Origin: Octopus vulgaris
Taxonomy: Eukaryota
NCBI GenBank assembly: GCA_951406725.2
Contig: OX597817.1
Location: forward strand, 73,284,001-73,348,000
Direction: 5' to 3'
DNA: 64,000 nucleotides
Shown here: positions 18,637 to 33,463 of the stretch, one piece after another
Layout of the letters: every line of letters starts with the position of its first letter
Numbering within the stretch: the stretch's first letter is position 1
The notes under the pieces: model-generated
The model's database searches: none
What the model was told of the DNA's origin: nothing
What the model saw: only the letters and a program-made list of their open reading frames with translations
Position numbers and translations under genes: made by a program

Positions 18637-19713
18637 CACTTGAACGTCGATGTTCTGGGAATAAAGGACTAGACATAAAGGTTAGTGCTAAGAAAAGGGT
18701 GGTTGGCTGTGCCAAAGGTGACGAATAGCGTAGAGATGTGTAGGACGGAGTCAAGGCTGGTTTAAGACCCATTGAGACCCTAAACACTTAAAAGATTTTG
18801 GTGCACCCATATACATGAAATTAAAAAAATAAACAGTAATAAACAATAAGCTGAATTTTATTTTTGCAAAATGAAACAAAACTAAGACAGAAAATAAATG
18901 TTTATTTTCGTATATTTCTACTTTATTTATATTTGAAAAGCTTTCTCCCATCTTCTTTTAAATAGCAAAGTCTTTGATCAGATCCTCAAAATCAATCTTA
19001 TGTAATACATCTGTTATATTTCCGATCATATAAACTACTTCAAATATTATTTTAGCAAGTTTAGAATGGTTTCTTTGGTGCCGTAAACCGTTTACCATTT
19101 TTGTGATGCCCTCTTCCCTTGATTATTTTGCTTAATGGTGAATCCAGAGCTGGACCGAGTGTCTGAGTGGTGGAGGTACGAGATCAGCCATATAGAGTCA
19201 GTATTCTATAATAGGCCTTACTTGAAATTTGTTGTGTGTCTTCAGGACTCAGAGCAAAGAGATAGTCTTTGATAATCAATCCTAGCTATGGAAAGGATGT
19301 GCCTTCGCTAGGTGTGGTCCTCGGTGATAGCGAAATTTAACATTTGGAGCGACTGATATGGCTCTAGGTGAGTGCCGCTTAAGTTTAAAGATGGTATAGT
19401 TCGATGGTATTTTCCTTAACAGTGTCAAAGTCTATACAAAACTATAATTATAATAACCATATGCGACTAAATCTGTCCGTGAAAGGATCATGGCTATTCT
19501 TTGTTTGACGAAGATCTAACAAGATTAGTAACTGATCAGATCGATCCCTTTTTTCTATACATCGAGAAATAAAGACTGTTGTGTAACCACTTTGTTTAAT
19601 TTCACAGTTAGGTTACACATCCATCCCTCCCTCCATATGCATATATATATTCTTACGTATATACATAAATATACATATGTATACGCATATATGTATGTAT
19701 GCAAGTATGTATG

Positions 19714-19750
<37 letters not shown>

Positions 19751-19756
<6 letters not shown>

Positions 19757-20150
19757 ATATTTCGGAATGGTCATATTGCCAGTTTAGCCAATAAAAACAC
19801 ACGCACTATATATTTGGTGTTATTTTGCTTCAGTGATATTTATTTTTTACATTAATCTTAATCTTATTTCGGCCAAAGTTCTTTCGTCACACTCCTGTGA
19901 CCGCATCAGTGGTCCTTTGCTTTCTTCTCACTTACTTGTGTCTCTCCTTACTAACCGTCAGCCATTTTGTATTTCTATTGTATGTCTTCATTTGCGCATG
20001 CTTATATCTCTATGTGCGTCTATGTTTATTTAGTGTGTGTGTGGGGGGGATGCCTGTAATATTTGTATCTTCTGGTTATATACAAATATATAGTGCGTGT
20101 GTTTTTATTGGCTAAACTGGCAATATGACCATTCCGAAATATAACAATAT
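19751..20150 (-). mobile_element. Short element with 66-bp inverted ends and a hammerhead-like core
   Basis: 19751-19816 is the reverse complement of about 20085-20150. The minus strand at 19865-19915 reads CUGAUGCG GUCAC...GUGAC GAAA. Confidence 0.65.
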
Positions 20151-20203
20151 CTGTTTCAACACACGACTTCACATAAAAAATCTTGCACAACAAATATTTA
20201 AAC

Positions 20204-20264
<61 letters not shown>

Positions 20265-21000
20265 GTATATATGTATAAGTATCTATAAGAATAGAATAGT
20301 AACTAAGTACGCATGCAAACAAATATAAACTCTATAATATACGTAACTTATACAACCCCACCAACACATAATGTTTAATTAACATATTCCAAACCATAAT
20401 AGGTGACAGTCACTTAGAAGTTTCGCTTTACTAGATCATTGACTGTGACGAGAACGGAAGCCTTTTGCCGATAATATATTCATTATTACTATTTTATACA
20501 CTAACTTGAAATAAAATATTTCTGCAAAGTAGCAGCTCAATGTACAGAGACAAACGTTGAAACTAACTTACGCACTCATATCCTTCACTCGAAGTTGAAA
20601 CTGAAAGGTAGAATGATTTCTGTCTCTGCGTCATAATATTAGAAACACTTTTAGAAGATGAACTCACAGTACGTCGTCACGAGTTAGAACACAGAGAGAA
20701 GTTGAAAAGTATTGGAAAATGTGCCGTACCTCTACAGCATCAAATATTTATGATTTAATGAATTCTACACCGAATTAAATTAATATTTTTAGCATGAAAT
20801 GAAAACATGTACTTCTCTATTTAATCATGATTATATTAATTTTGGTTTGTTCAGGCACTGCCTACCTTGCCAAAACAGCGGACACATTTCTGGTGTGTGT
20901 CTGTGTGAGTGGGGGAGTTAAAAGAGAAAGGGCTTCGAAGTTTGGTCTGTGTGGTCGCCTTCGTTAGACTGTCTAAAATATATTATATATGACATTCTAT

Positions 21001-21652
21001 GGGTCTCTTCCGTTTAACTTGAGAGAGCCTGATTTAAAAAACATTTCTGTACAGATCTAGTTTTTCATGCTTATTAACAAAAATCATGCATTTTTTAAAA
21101 ATAGAAACCTTACGAACTTTTAGAAGTTGAAATTCTTTGTAATTTTAGCCAATCAAAAAACTTTTATTACCCATAAAATGTAAATTTTATTTGCTATATG
21201 GAGATGCTGTTTGGTGGGGCGCCATGATTGTTTTAATAACTAAAGAGAATCTAATGAAATAAAATGAAAACTTTAGGTTTAGGGTTAAAGTTGAGGGTTA
21301 AGTTTAGAATAGTGTTTAGGGGTAGGGTTACCGTTTAGAATTAAAGTTTATGGTGTATCATTAGGATTAGGGTTGTGGTTGGATTTTAGTATTCAGGGTT
21401 AGAGTTATGGTTTAGCTTTAGGGTTAGAATTTATAATGCATAGCACAATTTCATTGCAAACGTTAATTTTTCTTACATTTTCTTTTATTTAAATATTGTC
21501 ATCAGTAAACGGTTTCAGAAATTTTAACTATTTATTTCTAAAAGACGAAGTAAAATAAAATTGGTTGTGATTTTCGTAATTAGCTTGCCAAGCTACATAT
21601 GTGTAGAAACTTTTAAAAGAATCAGGATGTGTAAGTCAAACAAAAAAGATCT
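21001..21652. mobile_element. Degenerate non-autonomous DNA element with an internal TTAGGG-like tract (21270-21430)
   Basis: Weak inverted ends (ggtctcttccgtttaact / agtcaaacaaaaaagatc) resemble the TIRs at 51648 and 52391. Confidence 0.4.
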
Positions 21653-21727
21653 TACCCCACTTAAAGAAAGATATTGGGTGGTCCTTCAGTTAATATTTGA
21701 CACACATACACACAGACATACTCACAC

Positions 21728-22250
<523 letters not shown>

Positions 22251-22899
22251 ACGAGACGTAAAATTGCCGCTAGAAATATCAGTTTATGCAATGGGGAGAG
22301 TGCACAACATTAAAAATTGGCGCCACTGCTAATGCATAACCTTTGAAAAACATTCTAAAGACGTACAGATGTAGAAAATAGGTCGAAAGACAAATACCGA
22401 AACCAATTTATAAATTGAGACGCTTTTCGTCATCAGTAAAATCATTTTTCACATTGGCAAAGTCCCAAAGTCATATTTGTTGCAAACAAACCAATATCTG
22501 ATGTACTGTTGCCATTATCTCATTCTATGATAGATTCTTTCCATTCTTCTGCTAAGAGTAAAAAATCAGATGTTTATGTATGGCGACACGCATCTTCATA
22601 CGCTTAGTTCTTCTGATGCGGACTGTGAGTTATTTTCTATCAATAACGTTGTTGTTTCATTTGCCAGTATTTTTCTTTTTTTCCGGAAGTAGTTATTTCC
22701 CCTTTTAAGAGATAGAGAATGTGTCTTTCAGTTCTGATAATTATATGTACATAAGTAATTTACTTATGTTACTGTTAGTTACCAGTATCGGAAAGGAATC
22801 TTAGTAATCTGTGTGTGTGTGTGTGTGTGTGTGGGGTGCTAGTTCATTATGTATTTCTATATGTATGCGTGTAATTATATATACATACATACACACACA

Positions 22900-22983
<84 letters not shown>

Positions 22984-24059
22984 CATATATACACGCACGT
23001 ACATATATATCCATATATACATGGGTATAATATACATAAACACACACACACATAGGTATTTCTATGATAGTTTGTTTTCTTTATAAAATGCACTTTCTTC
23101 TCGCAGTTTTCGTGTAACCGATTTCGTTTTTCATATAACATGTAGTCTAGCAAGCATCTGTTTAAATAACTCGCGAACTAACAAGAGGCCACTACGTGGT
23201 TGGTGAACTAGTTAGAAACAACAGCTAAATTTCTTCCCTATCTCAACCTGCTGGTCTGGGAAAAAATGAACATGTTTGTTATCATAGTCCAAGATATCCT
23301 TCTAAAAAGACGAGGTGGCCATAGCTAGAATACCTTTGATCGTATGACTGCTCGATCAGAGCTGATCTAGAGCTAAACGCAACAGTTTACTTAAAAGAGC
23401 AAATTTGGAAAAATGGTGCCCATGCATGACAAGAGTTCTCTAGTTTTAACGAGAGTTAGTGAGAGACTAAAGTAGACAAGCGAGCAGTCAATCAATGAAG
23501 CAAGTAAATTGGACACACGCACTTACTTTGTATGAAGTTAGCTACATCGGATGAAAGGGGATAATGGTAACACAGTACACTTTGTACATCATAAATTTAT
23601 TAAATCTTAATTTTTTCTAAGCCAGATTAACTAACTCATTTGAATTTGCATCGCTTCGAATATTGTATTGTGGAAATCATAACACGTCTGGTTGGATAAT
23701 CAACTTTTAGAAGTTGCTTCTTAAAGTTTACTTTTAAATTTACATTATTTACATAGTAAAAAAATTTCTGTCAACTGATTTTATTTGAGTTATCTCTTTT
23801 GTTGTTTTTAGACTTTAAATACTTCTTGGAAGAGCTTTTTGTTTATTAATTGCATGGATAATCTCCATTCACCGGAGTATTTCAATGCATTATATTACAT
23901 ATATGCAACTCCACCGTATTTGTATTTGCTATCTTGAACCTTCCCTCGAAGTATTTTCTCCTAGCCATATTATTAATATACACAATCAGCATCACTATAT
24001 TCTCCCTATTTCTATGTATTTATTGGTCACGCTTAGTCTTGCCGACTAAATAGAATAAC

Positions 24060-24630
24060 TTTATCTATATGACATACTGAACGTATGTGTATCCCTGAAA
24101 AGTCAGAAGCTGCAGTGGTCGCCTGGGAACATATCCCTTTATAATCTTAGTGTGTTAAAAACCTCAATATACTTCAGAGACAGTCGAAATGAAATGGTCC
24201 CAGAAGCAACCGCGAGAGTGAAAGTTGCGCGTTTCACCATTTTTACGTCTCGACAATGCAACGCACGTGGATCAGTTCCATCACGAAACCATCTCATTCA
24301 CTTTGAAGTATAAAGAAACAGTGAATAAACGATTCGCAAGGTGAATAAAATCCAAATTATGCAATAGAAGCGACTCAAGATTAAAATCTTTATATGACAT
24401 ACGTGACGTATGTAAATCGTCGAAAAGTCAGAGGCTGCAGTATTCGTCTCTGGAAAGATCCCCTTATAGACTTCATGTGCTAAAAATCACCATATACTTC
24501 AGAACCAGGCGAAATAAACTCGTGTCGTAAGCGATAACGAAAGTGGAAAATGCACATTTCGCCGTTTTTGTGGCTTGTCAATGCTACGTCCTCAGGTGAC
24601 TTCCGACAGGAAATCGAATATATTTCACTG
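24060..24630. repeat. Diverged tandem duplication, period about 325 bp
   Basis: tatatgacatac..gaaaagtcaga.gctgcagt..atatacttcaga..caatgc.acg..ttcact occurs twice in the same order. Confidence 0.85.
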
Positions 24631-25787
24631 AGAAGGTCTAACATGTACAGATTGGAACCCGTATATCGTTTCGCCAGTTGGCTCTAAAAACCAGATTCAC
24701 TCCGATCTGTGTTGTCTATGTTGTCCGAAAACTTCTTCGAACCGATTTTATTCCAGTTATTTCCCCCTATTTGTTGTTTTTAGATTTGAAATACTCACAG
24801 ATGGAGTTTTTGTTTTTAATTGCTCTATCATTTAATTTCAATAAATTTTGTCACACACAATATATTACTTATTTGAGGCCCTGTTGTTATTTTCATTTTA
24901 TCAATGCAATTTACTTCCGAGGTTGGTAACGACAAATTAAACAGATCTAATCGTGTCATTTAAGGACCATATCTAGTTTCTGTTATGACATAATAAGTCC
25001 ATAAATTACATTTTGTTCCTTCGAGGACTAATCTAGAGTTAAGTGAATAACTGTTTGTACATTTTAAGCACAAACGAAGATAAATATATATAATATAATC
25101 GAATGCAAATAGCAGTGTACATGAATTTTAATTTACTTTTATATTAGATAAGAGTTTTATATTGCTGTTGTTGTTGTTGTCGCAGTTTATTTTCGGCTCA
25201 ACGTTGATTGAACATGCTCAAAATCAGAGTTGTTTAAGCTGTGATCATCACATTTCCCCCTGTGTATTTTGAATCTAGGACTATATCGAATGTATACTTC
25301 CTACTTTTAATATGAAGAGCGTCTTTCGATCGCGTTCAGATCACCGTCTTGGTTCGTATTTAAGTATAGTTTTCTATAGTTCAGATACTTTTCTTTAAAA
25401 TTTCTCATCGGTATTTTCGTTTATCTTTGACAATCAGATGATTCTTTAAACAGCATTTTTGCCCACATTTATAAAGACGCAATAATAATTGAAAATAAAA
25501 ATGCAAATGGACCTGTAATAGCGATAAAACATCGAAAAGTTTACTTCCCAATAGAGATATCGTATTTCAGAGACTGGAAGAACTGAGGATATTTGTACTT
25601 ATACCTTATAGAAACTCCTCAATAGAAGATTGGCGAGGTTTATTTCTGTATTCTCACTTTAACAAATCAGCCAGATGTATTAGTTTAGGTGTTGCTGACG
25701 CTTCAGTAAGCCCAGGTTTATCGAGTATTTTGGTTACGCTTTGCTAAGAGAAACTGCTGATGCCCTCTCTGTCACTGTCTGTCTGCC

Positions 25788-25848
<61 letters not shown>

Positions 25849-27794
25849 GTCTGTCTCTCTCTCTGTCTCTCTGTCTCTCTCTCTCTCTCTCCTTCCCTTT
25901 CTCTGTTTAAGTGCACTTGATTACTTTCTTAAGTCGTGAGTTGATACGAATTAGTTCTACTTACTGAAATGTCAACGTGTTGATCTACACAAGTCATTCC
26001 CCTCTTTCTCGCAATGTAGACGATGTACAGCTGGGTGATATCTAATTATGGATGGTGCATTCTATCGTCAATTGAGGAGTTTTCTGGCTTTGTTACCCAT
26101 CTTAATTATCTCTGTCTGATCTACTCTATCATGTCCAAACTGTCAAAATGTTAATTGCCAAAACATCAGTATTGTGGATCAACGACGCACCACCTGTGAA
26201 ATATACTTATTTTGTATCTTCATTTTACTGATACATGCCGAATGATTTACTTCTCACCCTACTAAATTTAAGTATGTGTAAAACATTTGCCAACCTCAAA
26301 TACATCTACGTTTAATATACACATAAATACACGCGAGTGCACACGTACACACGTTCTCATACAAACACACGCATACACAATACGATTGTATCGAACAGTG
26401 AGAATGAGTGCTCAACATTGCATCTGGTGGATAAATATTCTTTATTAACCAGATTAACTGTGCTACCAATGGTGTCATGTATTACGATTTACCACAATTC
26501 TTCAAGAATATGTGTATGTGTGTGTGTATACATACATACTTACATATATGTATATATATTTATATGTATAGATAGATAAATAGATAAATTGATAGATACT
26601 TATATACAATATATAAATTTATTTATGCATATATATACCCATACTCAGCCTAGCCAAACCAGTCCCTCCAATCAAGCATACTTGAAGGTTGTGTGAAGGT
26701 TGCTATAGTATAACGCTATTCTAATGCTCCAATGTGGATATTTCTTTAAGGAAAATATATAATTATGAAATATTAAAAATAAAGCTGCTTTTTCCAACCA
26801 CCTGTGAGATATACATTTTTCTGGAAAGTTATAGTGGGGCCTGGGGGAAATAGATGGCAAACACTAGTCTACGTGTTTTTTTTTTCCAAATTTAGTTATG
26901 TGCACGTTTCCCTTTGTGCAACATTAAGTGGCTTATCATAGAATTTTCAAGCGATACTACAAGTGTGGTTTTGATTCTTTTCTTCATATCTATTAATTTT
27001 TTATTATTAAGTGACATCTCACCAGCGAAATATAAACAATCTGCCATACATGCTTGGATACCTAGAACGTATAGAGCTTAAGCAAATATTGGTTTCAAGT
27101 TTTTGCACAAGGTTAGCAATTTCGAAGGAGGGGGTAGGTCGATTATATCGGCATATGTCCTCAACTGGTACTTATTTTATCGATCCCGAAATGATAAACG
27201 GCAAAGTCGACCTCGGAAATTTTGCCCTCTGTGCTAACGATTCTGTCATCTTGCCGCCATAGTTTAAACAAATATTGCAAAGTATTTTGTCGAAATCTCT
27301 GACGATTTCTACCATTCCCCGCCGTATAATCCTACCTTATTTCATTGTTTCTCGTAAGAAAGGTGACGTTGGCCTTTGTAGGGTTTTGAATCCAGAGCCT
27401 AATAAGTCCTAAGTAAATACCACTAGACAATTTGTCCAAAAATTCTACCAATTCACGACCTCTGTATTGACGACAGTCATGTTACAGATATGACAACTAC
27501 AGTTGGCCAGGTCAGTTAGATTTCATACTGTCGGCCAAAGATTCAACGGTTGAAATCGTGTCAACGCCATTGCCTCGTGATCGTAACTAACATATTTGAT
27601 GACCAAATAATCAAAATCCACTTAGCTGTCGTCAAAGAAACAGTTGTTCTAAGCAGGAGCAGTGTGTGACTGATGAGTGCTATACCACTCAGTTTATAGT
27701 AATGAGATAAAATATTAACGAGGAACGTTATGATAGTTTGGAAATGGATTGAACTGATTAAGATTTTTGTAAGAAAATGAAATTATTATCGTTG

Positions 27795-28020
27795 TTATTT
27801 AGCTTCAAAGTCGGCTCCGATTTGAGCAGTCCTATGATCAAAGATATTCCAGCCGTGACCCTTCCGTCTTATTTTCGTACGTAGTGATTTTATGTGACTT
27901 ACATTATTCAATATGGCTTTCTTTCTTTTTCTAAAAAATAAAATAAGATATGATTTGAGAAAGATTACACTTCTACTCTCAGCTAGTAAAACAATTACTT
28001 ATCTACAGGCTCCGTTGTTG
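27795..28020 (+). repeat. Dispersed unclassified repeat (other copies near 19490, 23190-23390, 25195, 33000, 52790, 62100, 63835)
   Basis: Shared motif gatcgagcagacctatgatcaaag.tattccagccgtgacc, in either orientation. Confidence 0.7.
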
Positions 28021-28621
28021 CCTCATAAAGACGGAGTCTTGAAATGGAGCGTGCAGCAATGAAGCCTCGTAGCTTACGAAATTCATTACAGATGCGAAAT
28101 ATGTGTGCGCACCTCTCTTAGATTAATGTAAATACCTTGCACAAAAGATGGCAGACAGCTTATTTGCTTCATAGTTTCTAGGGATTTGCTGTCGCTTTTT
28201 CCCTTTGTTCTTTAAAAAAATAATTGTGTTGTAAAACAACGTGATGTTTCAGAAGGTTAGTTAAAGATATCGACAGCACCTGTTAGATATTTTGTGTGGG
28301 AATGACGTAATTGTTTCAAAATTTTATAAAAAGAAAAAGAAAAAAGGATTGGGAACTTTGTTAGGTCCTGGCAGTGATTCAGTATTCTTTCCTCTTCTAG
28401 TTGGTCTATAAGATTAGTTCTTTCTCGAATTCCTTTTCTTGATAGCCCTGCTGTGCGGCGGTTCTCAAGTTTCACTTCAAATGTTTTACAACAACTTGGC
28501 GTTTTGGATAAAAGTAGATATTTTACTCGTATTCGTACACCCAGAAAATTACACATGATGTTTCATCTCGGGTTGTGTATTTCAGGTAATTGTTTTTTGT
28601 TAAAATAAAATTAAAAAATAA

Positions 28622-28681
<60 letters not shown>

Positions 28682-29079
28682 GAGTGAGAGGGCAGCGCAT
28701 GCCATCAAAATGACACTGGGTAAAATAAACGAAACTCAGTATATCCATCATGACTTTCCGTCTGATAAGGATACTCCAGGCAAATGTGTCACAAACATAA
28801 GTGCGCAGCATAGTCATCTCATATGATTTTGCAGGTGGCGGCACAATTAGAATTTTCTTCAGGTCGAGTAGCCCATCCTGCTCAAAAGGTCCCTTAATAA
28901 GGGTTGTTTAAGGATGTTGAACAAAGAATCATGTCTCCAGAGGTGAATTATTCAAACCCCAAAGAATTCCTCTCAACATATGGCTATGATGCTGCCCCAC
29001 TACTTTTGCTCGTGATCAGAGATGCATATATCGTAAGCCACTAAGGGACACGCTCAACTGGTTAAGTTCAGACAACTGC

Positions 29080-29138
<59 letters not shown>

Positions 29139-29553
29139 GAGTGAGAGAGCAGTGCACGCCATCAAAGTGACACTGGGGTAAAATCTACGAAGCCCAGTGC
29201 ACCTATCATGACTACCCGTTTGATAAGGGTATACCAGGCACATGCATCACAATCATATGTGCATGACATGGTGATCTCTTATCAAGATAAACAACGCATG
29301 ACCTTGGAGGTGGGGCCCAGTTAGAATTTTCTTCAGGTTGAGTAGCCCATCCTGCTCAAAAGGTCCCTTAATAAGGGTTGTTTAAGGATGTTGAACAAAG
29401 AATCATGTCTCCAGAGGTGAATTATTCAAACCCCAAAGAATTCCTCTCAACATATGGCTATGATGCTGCCCCACTACTTTTGCTCGTGATCAGAGATGCA
29501 TATATCGTAAGCCACTAAGGGACACGCTCAACTGGTTAAGTTCAGACAACTGC

Positions 29554-29612
<59 letters not shown>

Positions 29613-30140
29613 GAGTGAGAGAGCAGTGCACGCCATCAAAGTGACACTGGGGTAAAATCTACGAAGCCCAGTGCACCTATCATGACTACCCGTTTGATAA
29701 GGGTATACCAGGCACATGCATCACAATCATATGTGCATGACATGGTGATCTCTTATCAAGATAAACAACGCATGACCTTGGAGGTGGGGCCCAGTTAGAA
29801 TTTTCTTCAGGTTGAGTAGCGCATCCCGCTCAAATGGTTGAACGAAACAACCATGTTTCCAGAGGTGAATTATTCAAAACCCACAGAATTCCTCTCAACA
29901 CATGGCTATGATGATCCTCCACTACTCCTGCTTGTGATCTGAGATACACATATCGTCAGCCACCAAGGGACATGCTCAACTGGTTAAGGTCAAACAAACG
30001 ACAAGCAAATCAGTGGTATTGAGCAGAATATTTGCTGCAGCCCATCTTTTATACCAAGACAAAACAATGTACATGATAACACTTCCAATCAGTTAACATC
30101 AGAAGCCATGAGAAACAGTGCCTGGTATTGCATCAGGGCA
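28682..30140 (-). mobile_element. Three head-to-tail copies of an about 550-bp non-coding element, each bounded by (TTA)n
   Basis: Copies start at 28682, 29139 and 29613 (gagtgagag.gcag.gca.gccatcaaa.tgacactggg). A reverse-complement copy lies at 39676-40231. Confidence 0.85.
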
Positions 30141-30157
30141 ATTATTATTATTATTAA

Positions 30158-30221
<64 letters not shown>

Positions 30222-30895
30222 GACTTCTTTGCTTTCTAAGCTCACATCTCACCGAGATCAACTTTGCTTGCAAAAGCAAGTGACCCCACCCTATCACCTG
30301 AAGCCCAAAGCAACTACATCAAAAGAGGTGCTTATCCCCAAGCAGTGTTTTAAATTCACGATGTTAAGAAAATACAGTATGTATGTATGTATGTATGTAT
30401 GTATGTATGTATGTATGTATGTATGTATGTATGTCTGTATGTCTGTATGTATGTATGTAGGGTGTTTATTTGACACCCTGCGGGATGAAAAATAAAACCC
30501 GTCAAAGGGCGGAGGAACTCTTGAGAGTCAACGGCCATCCAATAAATGTCTTAAGGGTGTATCATGCGCGGGGACATAGAAATAATCGGACTGAATACCC
30601 GATCGCGCGGTTAAACCAGTGAAGGACTCCTAGCCTTTGTTAGGGCATCATTCTAGGAGAAGGTAACTCAGGTAACTGGGATAACTCCGGCATAAAACCT
30701 GCGGCTCAGTGGTTACCGATGATGTTGACTTGTTCTTCTTTTCGGATTATGGTTGCTGTTGCTTAGTGAGTTGGATTGACTCAATGCATAGCCTTTTCTC
30801 ACTTTAAAAAAATCTTCTTGCACAGGCATTGCACGATAACAACATTGATTAAGCTTCGTGCAATGGCCATACTCGATAACGAGGGGGCAGCCACC

Positions 30896-30987
30896 ATGTA
30901 TGTATGTATGTATGTATGTATGTATGTATGTATGTATGTATGTATGCATGTATGTATGTATGTATTTCTGTATGTTTGTATGTATGC

Positions 30988-31018
<31 letters not shown>

Positions 31019-31076
31019 CATGTATGTATGTACGTATGTATGTATGTATGTATGCCTGTGTGCATGCATGTATGCA

Positions 31077-31112
<36 letters not shown>

Positions 31113-31155
31113 TGTACGTATGTATGTATGTATGCCTGTGTGCATGCATGTATGC

Positions 31156-31186
<31 letters not shown>

Positions 31187-31255
31187 CATGTATGTATGTA
31201 TGTATGTATGTATGTATGTATGTATGTATGTATGTATGTACGTATATATGTACGT
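30896..31255. repeat. (TATG)n microsatellite with higher-order variants
   Basis: Direct. Confidence 0.97.
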
Positions 31256-31643
31256 AATGTTTGTATGGGCGTATGTGTGTATGCTTAGGTATCTGTGTTT
31301 ATGTTTTCGCACCGGTCTATTAACCGGTGTTGCTTATGTTGTGTTCATTTATGTCTGGTAACCTAGCGGTCCGACAGTGATTGTAAAAATAAGCAGCAGA
31401 TCGAAATGGGACAAGCGTTGACATGATGGATTAAAACGTCTGCAGGTGATTGATGCACCAGTATGGCCGCAGTCCACTGAATGAAGGCAATTAACGAGTG
31501 TTTGTAATGTAATCAGGTTATTATATCTCACTGGGAAGGAGGGTCATGGTCCAGTCAACTGTGAAATTACTGACCTACTTTCAAACTGCTGACCTATATT
31601 TACCCCGACGGACCGAGTGGGAGCTTGTATATGAGAGCGATCG

Positions 31644-31688
<45 letters not shown>

Positions 31689-32101
31689 GTAGCTGGGGTG
31701 CGTATGTGCATGTGTGTTCCTATGTAGATATATATTATATGTATTATATTTGTGTGTGTATGTATGTGTGCGTGTCCTAGAGTGCGTTTGTATATGTGTA
31801 TAGTTTATATAAGATATATTATCTCTGTATGCGTGTATGTGTGTGTGTATGTGTATGTGTTTTTATATGTGTGTATGTGTGTGCATGTGTACATATGTAT
31901 TTGTATATATGTGCATATGTGCGTGTGCGTATATGTATGTGTGTGTATGAGCGCGCGCGTGTGTGTGAGGGAGAGAGACTGCGTGTGGGCATAATTGTGA
32001 GCGGTCTTCCAGCCTGGGTTTCTTAATGTCTTTATTTATGCCATATAATTTCCACATCACTTGTTATTGTTGTTAGCGAATGTAGTGATGACGACAGTGG
32101 T

Positions 32102-32270
<169 letters not shown>

Positions 32271-32571
32271 CTGCAGTGTTAATTCTACGGCTGTCTTTCT
32301 ATGACGGTGGCGGTGGGGATAGTGGTGGCGATGGTCATAATCGTGGGAGCAGCGTTAGTGATCATAAAAATTCCGGAATGCTAAGAAAATGATGATCTAC
32401 GCCAGTCAAAGCTGCCGTGGACTGCTTAGCTTAATGGTGCGTCAGTCAAAATTACATATACTTCACTCTTCACGGGTATTGAAATCAGCGACCTCTATCT
32501 ACTACGTTGTATGTTTAACGGGGTTATGAAGTGGCTGTAGTACTGAGTTATCTTTCTTTTTTTTTTTTTTA

Positions 32572-32780
32572 TCTTTTACTTGTTTCAGTCATTGTACTGC
32601 GGCCATGCAGGGGCACCGCCTTAAAGTGTTCCGTCGAACAAATTGACCCCTCTGCTTATCTTTTTTTAAAGATTGATACCTATTTTTTTTTGCCGAACCG
32701 CTAAGTTAAGGAAGCGTAAACAAACCAGCACCGGTTGTCAGGCAATGGTGGGCGACAGTACATGAACAAACACACACACA

Positions 32781-32839
<59 letters not shown>

Positions 32840-32990
32840 CAGGCTTTCTCCAGTTTCCGTCTACCAAATCCACTCAAGGTTTTGGTCGGCCCGGGGATAT
32901 AGTGGAAGACATTACATGCCCAAAATGTCATGCAGTGGGACTGAGCATGACACCATGTGGTTAGGAAGCAAGCTTCTTACCACAGAACTA
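32572..32990 (-). mobile_element. SINE family A, near full length
   Basis: Reverse complement of 1142-1555 with an internal (CA)n tract. Confidence 0.85.
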
Positions 32991-33463
32991 TGTTGTTGAT
33001 TAGCCTTTGATCGAACAGACCTACGGCCGAATATATTCCAGCCGTGACTATCCTGTCTTTTCAATGATCATTAGATACTATAATGTCTCCTCTCTCTGCT
33101 AGCGTAATGACTACTTCACTTCGCGACCGGCTGATTACATGCCACATCCATTCAAGCAATCTCGACATTCTTGTCTTTTTCTCCTCTCATCTCCCATGTT
33201 GTGTCCACTCCTATGCTGTGTCAAAGCTGACATAGCATTCATTTCATTTTTTAAAATCTATTCATCGGGACAAATGGATTGAATCAACAGTCTTTGCAGG
33301 CGCCAATTCCAACACCAGTGAGATCGATGTGATTGTTGCTGTTCTTCAACTGCTTGAGAGACATGGGCTAGGAAACAATGTCAGAAGCCGACATTTTGGG
33401 GAGGAAGGTATGGATGTATTTATTAGTAGAGAGCCAAAGATGTAGGTGACGAAAAACAGATGA

